A stretch of DNA of 13,211 bases from Myxococcota bacterium (GTDB lineage Bacteria; Myxococcota_A; UBA9160; PR03): contig JBFIML010000070.1 of the NCBI GenBank assembly GCA_041611735.1, positions 1-13,211 of the forward strand. Direction: 5' to 3'. Below the pieces are notes generated by a model. That model was given only the letters and a program-made list of their open reading frames with translations. It was not told the origin of the DNA and did no database searches. The position numbers and the translations under genes are program-made. Shown here in pieces: positions 7,933-13,211 of this stretch (its first letter is position 1; each line of letters starts with the position of its first letter).

Positions 7933-8727
7933 GTGACGCGCGTACGCCCGCCGGCCGTGGCCGGGCTCTTCTATCCGGCGGACGCGAAGCCCCTGCGTGC
8001 CACGGTGGAGCGCTGCCTCGCGGAGGGCCGGCGGCGCGGCCTCGACGGCCCCGCACCCAAGGCCTTGATCGTCCCGCACGCGGGCTACGTCTACTCCGGG
8101 CCGGTGGCTGGCTCGGCCTACGCCCTGCTCGAGCCCCTGCGCGACGCCCTCGAGCGCGTGGTGCTGCTGGGCCCCTCCCACCGGGTGCCCGTGCGCGGCC
8201 TCGCCCTCTCCCGGGCCGACGCCTTCGCCACTCCCCTCGGCGAAGTGCCGCTCGACGCCGACGCCGCGGCCCGCGTGGCCGACCTGGCGCAGGTGACGGT
8301 CTCGGATGCGGCCCACGCGGAGGAGCACAGCCTCGAGGTCCAGCTTCCCTTCCTGCAGGAGCTCCTCACCGACTTCACCCTGGTGCCCTTCTCGGTGGGG
8401 AACGCCTCGCCGGACGAGGTGGCCCAGGTCGTGGACGCGCTCTGGAACGGCCCCGAGACCCTGATCCTGATCAGCTCGGATCTGTCCCACTACTACGACT
8501 ACGAGACCGCGCGCCGCCTCGACGCGGCCACGACGCGGGCCATCGAGGCGCTGCGGCCCGAGGACCTGGACGAGGAGAGCGCCTGCGGGCGGGTGCCCGT
8601 GCGGGGACTGCTGGTCTCGGCGCGCCGTCACGGACTCACGGCTCGCACCCTGGACGTGCGCAGCTCCGGCGATACGGCAGGCCCGCGGGACCGGGTGGTG
8701 GGCTACGGATCGTATGCGTTCGCCTGA
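7933..8727 (+). CDS. amrB: AmmeMemoRadiSam system protein B (MEMO1 family)
   Basis: VRPPAVAGLFYP, PHAGYVYSG, LLGPSH, TPLGEV, EEHSLEVQLPFLQ, ISSDLSHY, ACG, SGDTAG...VVGY. GTG 7933 chosen from the family N-terminus. Confidence 0.95.
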   Translation: MTRVRPPAVAGLFYPADAKPLRATVERCLAEGRRRGLDGPAPKALIVPHAGYVYSGPVAGSAYALLEPLRDALERVVLLGPSHRVPVRGLALSRADAFATPLGEVPLDADAAARVADLAQVTVSDAAHAEEHSLEVQLPFLQELLTDFTLVPFSVGNASPDEVAQVVDALWNGPETLILISSDLSHYYDYETARRLDAATTRAIEALRPEDLDEESACGRVPVRGLLVSARRHGLTARTLDVRSSGDTAGPRDRVVGYGSYAFA

Positions 8728-9298
8728 GGAGGCCGCCGCCGAACGGCTCTCGCCCGGGGATCGGGCCTCGCTCCTGGAGGTGGCCCGCGCCTCCGTGGAC
8801 CACGGCCTGCGGGAGCAGCGACCCGTTCCGCTGGAGCCGGAGCGCTTCGCCGGCCTGCTTCGCGAGCTGGGAGCGAGCTTCGTGACCCTGCGGGTGGAGG
8901 GCTCCCTGCGAGGCTGCACGGGCGCCCTCGAAGCCTGCCGGCCCCTGGTCGAGGACGTGGCGCTCCACGCCTTCTGCTCCGCCTTCCAGGACCCGCGCTT
9001 CCCACCCCTGCGCGCCGAGGAGCGCGCAGGCCTCGAGTTCCACGTGGCGGTCCTCGGCCCGCCCGAGCCCCTGCGGTTCGAGGACGAGGCGGGGCTGCTG
9101 GCCCAGCTCGAGCCGGGCGTCCACGGCCTGGTGATCCAGGCAGCCGGCCGGCGCGCCACCTTCCTGCCCGCCGTCTGGGCCCAGCTTCCGGAGCCCCGGG
9201 CCTTCCTGCGGGCACTCAAGGAGAAGGCGGGCCTGCCGCGGGAGCCCGACGCGCTGCGCCTGTACGCCCTGCGCTACGTGGTGGAGGAGTTTCCGTGA
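8714..9298 (+). CDS. amrA: AmmeMemoRadiSam system protein A (AMMECR1 domain)
   Basis: GASFVTL...LRGCTG (family LRGCIG), SAFQDPRFPPL, PGVHGL, ATFLPAVW.QLP, LKEKAGL; 14-nt overlap with amrB. Confidence 0.94.
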   Translation: MRSPEEAAAERLSPGDRASLLEVARASVDHGLREQRPVPLEPERFAGLLRELGASFVTLRVEGSLRGCTGALEACRPLVEDVALHAFCSAFQDPRFPPLRAEERAGLEFHVAVLGPPEPLRFEDEAGLLAQLEPGVHGLVIQAAGRRATFLPAVWAQLPEPRAFLRALKEKAGLPREPDALRLYALRYVVEEFP

Positions 9299-9353
9299 GC
9301 AGTCGGCGGCTCACGCACACGCCGCTAGACTCGTCGTGGGAGGAGAGCTTCCG

Positions 9354-9890
9354 GTGAGCGTTGCGAGTGCCCTGGCTCCCATCGAGGTGCTGGATCCCGA
9401 GGGCCGGGCAGTCCGTCTGGGCAGCCTCTGGAAGGACCGGCCCGTCGTCCTGACCTTCATCCGACACTTCGGCTGAATGCTCTGCCGCGAGCAGGTCGCG
9501 CAGTTGCGCGACGCGTTGGACGAGATCCGGGAGCTCGGCGCGGAGCTGGTGGTGGTGGGCAACGGCCGGCCCGAACAGGCCAGGCAGTTCAAGGAGGAGC
9601 GGCAGCTCGACTTCCCGGTGCTCGTCGACCCGGAGCTGATCGCCTACCGGGCCGCGGAGCTGCGGCGAGGAGCCTCGACCTTCGGCCTCGGGTCGCTCCG
9701 CGGCGGGTTGCGCGCCCTGCGCAAGGGCCACCTCCAGGGCCGCACCCAAGGCGACCCCTGGCAGCAGGGCGGGGTCTTCGTCGTCACCCCGGCGGAACGC
9801 GTCGCCTTCTCCTACGTGAGCGAGGAGGCCGGCGACCATCCGGAGACCAGCGCCGTCCTGGAAGCGCTGCGCCGGCTCCCGAGCGCCTGA
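9354..9890 (+). CDS. Peroxiredoxin-like (AhpC/TSA-2, PRXL2/SelU/SelL-related) selenoprotein, Sec at codon 41 (TGA 9474-9476), 178 aa
   Basis: SD GGGAGGAG then GTG 9354: MSVASALAPIEVLDPEGRAVRLGSLWKDRPVVLTFIRHFG-TGA-MLCREQ..., in frame with track ORF 9477..9890. TGA falls at the first Cys of the family RHxGCxxC motif; C-terminal DP..AY and GDPWQQGGVFVV; hairpin just downstream. Confidence 0.88.
9477..9520 (+). promoter_or_regulatory. Candidate bacterial SECIS element
   Basis: Stem GTCGCGC (9495-9501)/GCGCGAC (9506-9512) with loop AGTT, 25 nt after the TGA. Possible lower stem 9481-9488/9513-9520 with G-U pairs and one mismatch. Confidence 0.65.
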
Positions 9891-9902
9891 GCGCGTCTCT
9901 CG

Positions 9903-10169
9903 TCACGGAGCCGTCTCGAAGATCGCCGCGTGGAGGGCCTCCAAGCTGGGCAGGAAGCCGTCCGCCACGGGTCCCTGGTCGCGCACCAGGAGCTCGAGCT
10001 GGAGGACGAGGCGCGCCCGCTCCTCCCGGTCCCGGGCGCGGCGCAGCTGGCGCAGCTGGCGCTCGATGCGTGCGAAGACGTCGTTGCCGTGCCGCGGCTG
10101 GCGACGGCGTCCGAGCCACTCGCGCAGCTCCCCCAGACACTGGCCCAGCAGGTATTCGATCCGGTCCAC
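9903..10169 (-). CDS. Small hypothetical alpha-helical protein (88 aa)
   Basis: GTG 10169: MDRIEYLLGQCLGELREWL...FARIERQLRQLRRARDREERARLVLQLELLVRDQGP..FLPSLEALHAAIF, with amphipathic helical patterning. It fills the gap between genes, and an extended -10-like TGGTAGGCT ends 10 nt upstream. No recognisable family. Confidence 0.55.
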   Translation of the reverse strand: MDRIEYLLGQCLGELREWLGRRRQPRHGNDVFARIERQLRQLRRARDREERARLVLQLELLVRDQGPVADGFLPSLEALHAAIFETAP

Positions 10170-10179
10170 CGGACCGCCC

Positions 10180-10226
10180 AGCCTACCATCCCGCCGGCTC
10201 CCCGGGGCGACCGGCTCGGGTACAAT
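10180..10226. promoter_or_regulatory. Back-to-back sigma-70-type -10 elements for the orphan gene and the histone gene
   Basis: Minus strand TGGTAGGCT (10188-10180); plus strand TACAAT (10221-10226), followed by GGAGG (10240-10244) and ATG 10249. Confidence 0.45.
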
Positions 10227-10248
10227 GCGGCCCTTGCGCGGAGGTCCC

Positions 10249-10755
10249 ATGGCAGAGACGGCCCCGGGCTGGCGGCGCTGCAGCGCGTGCAAGCGCCCCA
10301 TCGACTTTGCGACCTCCTTCTGGGTCTGCAGCGTGTCCACCTGCAACCGCAAGCGCACCGGCCTCGCCTTCTGCTCCGTCGGGTGCTGGGAGGTCCATCT
10401 GCCCACGGCGAACCACCGCGAGGCCTGGGCCCTGGAGCGGACCGCCCCCACCCGCGCCGAGGCCGCCGCGCAGGCACGCGGTGAGAGTCCGCCGCGCCCA
10501 CCGCGGCGCGTGCTGGTGCGCGACGCGGAGAGCGGAAAGACCCAGGGCCCCGCCGCTCGCCAGCTCCCGATCGAGATCCTGATCGTGGCGAGCCGCTTGA
10601 GGGACTACGTGCGTGCCCGCTCGGGCATGAACACCTCCGACGGGGTGCTCGAGCCGCTCTCGGAGATCGTGCGCGAGGTGTGCGACCAGGCCATTCGCAA
10701 CGCGGCGGCGGAAGGCCGCAAGACGCTGCTGGAGCGCGACGTCCCGAAGCGCTGA
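10249..10755 (+). CDS. Bacterial histone-fold protein with N-terminal Cys6-His2 (ZZ-like) zinc finger (168 aa)
   Basis: SD GGAGG; N-terminal C11xxC14, C27x4C32, C42x3C46, H50, H56; Ala/Pro/Arg linker; C-terminal EILIVASRLRDYVRARSGMNTSDGVLEPLSEIVREVCDQAIRNAAAEGRKTLLERDV with a histone alpha1-L1-alpha2-L2 pattern and the RKTxxxxD signature. Confidence 0.88.
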   Translation: MAETAPGWRRCSACKRPIDFATSFWVCSVSTCNRKRTGLAFCSVGCWEVHLPTANHREAWALERTAPTRAEAAAQARGESPPRPPRRVLVRDAESGKTQGPAARQLPIEILIVASRLRDYVRARSGMNTSDGVLEPLSEIVREVCDQAIRNAAAEGRKTLLERDVPKR

Positions 10756-10764
10756 CCCCCGCGT

Positions 10765-11100
10765 CTACCCCGTCGCCGGGGGAGGCACCGGAGACGCAGC
10801 CGGCGTCCGCCTCATGGCCCGCGCGCAGGTCAGCGCCCGCAGCCCGGCGGCCGCGAGGACCGCCAGGGCGAAGGGCACGTAGAAGGGATTCTCGAGCGCC
10901 CGTGGTGCGTAGCTCTGGGCGAAGACGATCCAGACATACCAGGCTCCCAGGGTGTGGAGCCGGCGCCAGCGTAGCGGGCCGAGCCGGGCCACGGCCCGGT
11001 CCGAGGAGGTCGCGGCCATGGCGGCGATCAGGACGTAGGCAAAGCCACCGCCCACGATCGTGGTCGGCTGGAGTTCGCTGCGGAACGGCTGCGGGAAGGC
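10765..11100 (-). pseudogene. 5'-truncated ferric-reductase-like (MsrQ-type) membrane protein remnant
   Basis: AFPQPFRSELQPTTIVGGGFAYVLIAAMAATSSDRAVARLGPLRWRRLHTLGAWYVWIVF carries the TS...LG..W..LH motif. The frame has no start codon between the TGA at 11206-11208 and GTG 11055, so the N-terminal TM helices are missing. Confidence 0.6.
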
Positions 11101-11101
11101 C

Positions 11102-11340
11102 TCAAGGCCCGGAGGCCGAAGGCTCCGGCAAGCGCACGGCCACGGAGCGCGAGGTGTCCTGGAGCAGCCCCACCCAGAGGTCCGCCAGACCGTACTTGGC
11201 GCGCATCAGCGCGCGAACGCGGGCGTGCCCGGCGGGGCACCCGGCACCGGCTCGGCGCGCAGCGCCTGCGGCACGCCGTCGAGCACGAGCTCCACCGCCG
11301 GCTGGCCCGAACGCGCCCGGCTGCCACGGAGTCTCGTGCC
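11102..11340 (-). pseudogene. Frameshifted remnant of a split-barrel (deazaflavin-dependent oxidoreductase/DUF2255-like) gene
   Basis: Protein-like segments lie in two frames: GQPAVELVLDGVPQALRAEPVPG (frame of ORF 11206..11550) and HARVRALMRAKYGLADLWVGLLQDTSRSVAVRL (frame of ORF 11102..11368). The family is inferred from the P.VEL...RA.PV...M.AKYG pattern. Confidence 0.45.
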
Positions 11341-11410
11341 TCCCCGGCGGGGATTCGCGCGCAGGCACGCACCGGAGAGGTCCCCACGCTCCTGCCCCCC
11401 GTCGAGCCCC

Positions 11411-11827
11411 TCAGCGGGGGTGCAGCACCATCTGGGTGCAGCGGAACAGGGCCACGGCCTTCCCGGTAGCCTCGTCCGACACCTCCACGTCCCAGACGTG
11501 GGTGCTGCGGCCCCGGTGCACCGGCCGCGCTCGTCCCGCCACGGCACCACCCAGGCGCACCGTGCCCAGGAAGTTCGCCTTCATCTCGAGGGTGGTGAAG
11601 CTGGCTCCCTCGGGCAGGTTGGGTCTCATGCCACAGGCACACAGCCAGTCGGCCAGGGTGATCACCACCGGGGCCCAGAGGAAGCCGGTCCCGGCCACGA
11701 GCGGCGCCGTCACCTGGAGACGGCCCGTCACCAGCTCGGGCTCGCAGCGGAGCACCTCCACGCCGACCAGGCCGGGGTGCCGGCCGCGGGCAAACTCGTT
11801 GGCACCCCTCACGCGGTCGTCGGACAT
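11411..11827 (-). CDS. PaaI family thioesterase (hot-dog fold)
   Basis: GLVGVEV...GFLWAPVVITLAD..C, FTTLEMKANFLG, ARPVHRGRSTHVWDVEV, ALFRCTQMVL. Confidence 0.92.
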   Translation of the reverse strand: MSDDRVRGANEFARGRHPGLVGVEVLRCEPELVTGRLQVTAPLVAGTGFLWAPVVITLADWLCACGMRPNLPEGASFTTLEMKANFLGTVRLGGAVAGRARPVHRGRSTHVWDVEVSDEATGKAVALFRCTQMVLHPR

Positions 11828-11833
11828 GCGCGA

Positions 11834-12256
11834 TCAGACCCGCTTCGAGCCCTTGCGACTCGAACGCGGCGGCGGGTTCTTCGCCACGAAGCGCCGACCC
11901 TCGACCAGTTTGAGCAGGTCGAAGGCGCTCAGGACTCCGACCACCTTCTGCTCGTGGGTGACGACCACGCGGTGGATCTTTCGATTGCGCATGACGCGGG
12001 CCGCGGTGCTCACGTCGCCGTACCGGGGGACGGTGTAGACCTTCTGGGTCATGATCGTGCGGACGGGGGAGCTGGCCTTGAGCGCGGGGACGAGGTCGGT
12101 GGCGGACACGATGCCGACCGGTCGCCCCTCGGCGTCGACCACCGGGATGGCGGTCACCCCATTGCGCTCGATCAGCTTGCGAACGTGCTCGATGCTCTTG
12201 TGGGGCTGGGTGGTCACGACGGTCTCCGTCATGAGCTCGTGGACCCGGACGTTCAT
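11834..12256 (-). CDS. CBS domain-containing protein (tandem CBS pair)
   Basis: VHELMT..VVT, AIPVVDAEGRPVGIVSATDL, VRTIMT, IHRVVV...VVGVLSAFDLL; SD GGGAGGAG. Confidence 0.93.
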   Translation of the reverse strand: MNVRVHELMTETVVTTQPHKSIEHVRKLIERNGVTAIPVVDAEGRPVGIVSATDLVPALKASSPVRTIMTQKVYTVPRYGDVSTAARVMRNRKIHRVVVTHEQKVVGVLSAFDLLKLVEGRRFVAKNPPPRSSRKGSKRV

Positions 12257-12286
12257 GGCTCCTCCCGCCAGCGACCGACGCGCGCC

Positions 12287-12295
12287 AGCATACCA
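12287..12295 (-). promoter_or_regulatory. Extended -10 promoter element for the CBS-PaaI unit
   Basis: Minus strand TGGTATGCT (TGnTAnnnT), about 30 nt upstream of ATG 12256. Confidence 0.45.
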
Positions 12296-12331
12296 CGCCC
12301 GCGGAATGGGTCCGGACGTCGGGCTTCGCAG

Positions 12332-12727
12332 CTACGACCAGAACTCGTCGACCGCATGGAGGTCCCAGACGAACTCCCAGATCTCCACCGGTCGGCCGTT
12401 CTCGAGGCGCATCTTGAGACAGGTCGGGTTGTCGAGCTGGCGGCCCTGACGCCGCGCGCGGCCGCGGAAGAAGGCCACGGCGTGGGCATCGTTGGCGAGC
12501 ACGTCCTCGAGCTCGAGCTCGAAGGAGCCGTGCGTGAGCGCGCCCACCTGCGCCAGGAAGCTGAAGATGGCGTCGCGCCCGCGGTGCGTCCCGGCCAGGC
12601 GTCCGTCCCTGCCCGGGAAGTGCCACACCGCCTGCTCGGGGATCGCGTCGCGAACGGCACCCACGTCCCGCCGGCGGAAGGCGTCGAAGAGAGCCCGGAT
12701 GTGCGCTGCGTTCGGGTGCTCGGTCAT
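12332..12727 (-). CDS. SnoaL-like / NTF2 family protein
   Basis: HPNAAHIRALFDAF.RRDV...AVWHFPG..LAGTHRGRDAI, DVLAND.HAV, ENGRPVEIW..DL.AVDEFWS. Start ATG 12727 (GTG 12733 possible). Confidence 0.9.
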   Translation of the reverse strand: MTEHPNAAHIRALFDAFRRRDVGAVRDAIPEQAVWHFPGRDGRLAGTHRGRDAIFSFLAQVGALTHGSFELELEDVLANDAHAVAFFRGRARRQGRQLDNPTCLKMRLENGRPVEIWEFVWDLHAVDEFWS

Positions 12728-12988
12728 GGCCACCGCCTTCGCGAGCCTAGCCCAGGGCCGTGCACCCCTCGGCTCGGGGACGACGAGCCGGAAGGGCAGC
12801 TGGAGGCGGTGTCGGGCGGGCGTTCCCCCCGCAACGGCAGGACCGCTCCGCGGCGGGCCGCGGGGAGCGCCCGGGAAGGTCCCGGCCTCCCCTTTCCCCT
12901 GGTTCGGAGGTACGATGTCGGGGCAACGCCGGCGACGAAGACCCCGCGGTGGAGGTCGCTCGCGGCGACGGGCAGCAAGGAGAGCGGA

Positions 12989-13204
12989 ATGGGTGAGAGC
13001 GTCTACACGGTGGTCGAGCTGGTGGGAACGAGCACGGAGTCCTGGGAAAAGGCGGCTGCAGCGGCCGTGCAGCAGGCTTCGAAGAGCTTGCGGGATCTGC
13101 GGATCGCGGAGGTGAAGGAGCTGGACCTGCAGCTCGAGGACGGGCGCGTGCGCCTGTACCGGGCGAAAGTCAAGGTCTCCTTCAAGTACGAGAGCGGCAA
13201 GTAG
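12989..13204 (+). CDS. Dodecin family protein (71 aa)
   Basis: SD AAGGAG; SVYTVVELVGTSTESWEKAAAAAV..ASKSLRDLRIAEV.ELD...YRAKVKVSFKYE; TACGAT -10-like box at 12911-12916. Confidence 0.93.
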   Translation: MGESVYTVVELVGTSTESWEKAAAAAVQQASKSLRDLRIAEVKELDLQLEDGRVRLYRAKVKVSFKYESGK

Positions 13205-13211
13205 CCCTCGC

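Noticed and set aside
9477-9890. Track ORF starting at ATG 9477 as the complete redoxin gene
   Set aside because: It starts inside the active-site motif, has no SD, and omits an in-frame N-terminal segment that has its own SD and GTG; TGA read-through explains the locus better.
11060-12988. 714-aa ORF ending in dodecin
   Set aside because: Antisense shadow of the PaaI, CBS and SnoaL genes; dodecin has its own SD and ATG at 12989.
12890-12988. FMN riboswitch upstream of the flavin-binding dodecin
   Set aside because: The conserved RFN sequence blocks are not visible and the likely leader is too short.
1-13211. CRISPR arrays, tRNA/rRNA genes, IS elements and intrinsic terminators
   Set aside because: By eye I found no regularly spaced repeats, cloverleafs, transposase/integrase motifs or hairpin-plus-U-tract terminators.

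Overview
A very GC-rich, gene-dense bacterial window; the gene content suggests a Myxococcota/deltaproteobacterial-type genome (inference). In order: the edge of a divergent gene; an Mrp/ApbC Fe-S carrier ATPase lacking the usual CxxC; a VOC/glyoxalase protein; an SLC13/TrkA-C permease; a PEP-CTERM protein behind a sigma-54 promoter and IHF-like site; a secreted hypothetical (possibly LolA-like) protein; a nucleotide pyrophosphatase/phosphodiesterase; a complete AmmeMemoRadiSam trio (amrS divergent from amrB-amrA); a peroxiredoxin-like protein; a small orphan ORF; a zinc-finger/histone-fold fusion; two adjacent gene remnants; a PaaI thioesterase; a CBS protein; a SnoaL/NTF2 protein; and dodecin. 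Two features are not evident from the ORF track. First, the peroxiredoxin-like gene starts at 9354 and reads through an in-frame TGA in a UxxC motif followed by a SECIS-like hairpin, so it is probably a selenoprotein. Second, 10249..10755 encodes a bacterial histone fused to an N-terminal Cys6-His2 (ZZ-like) zinc finger. Family assignments come from motif recognition by eye; no searches were run.
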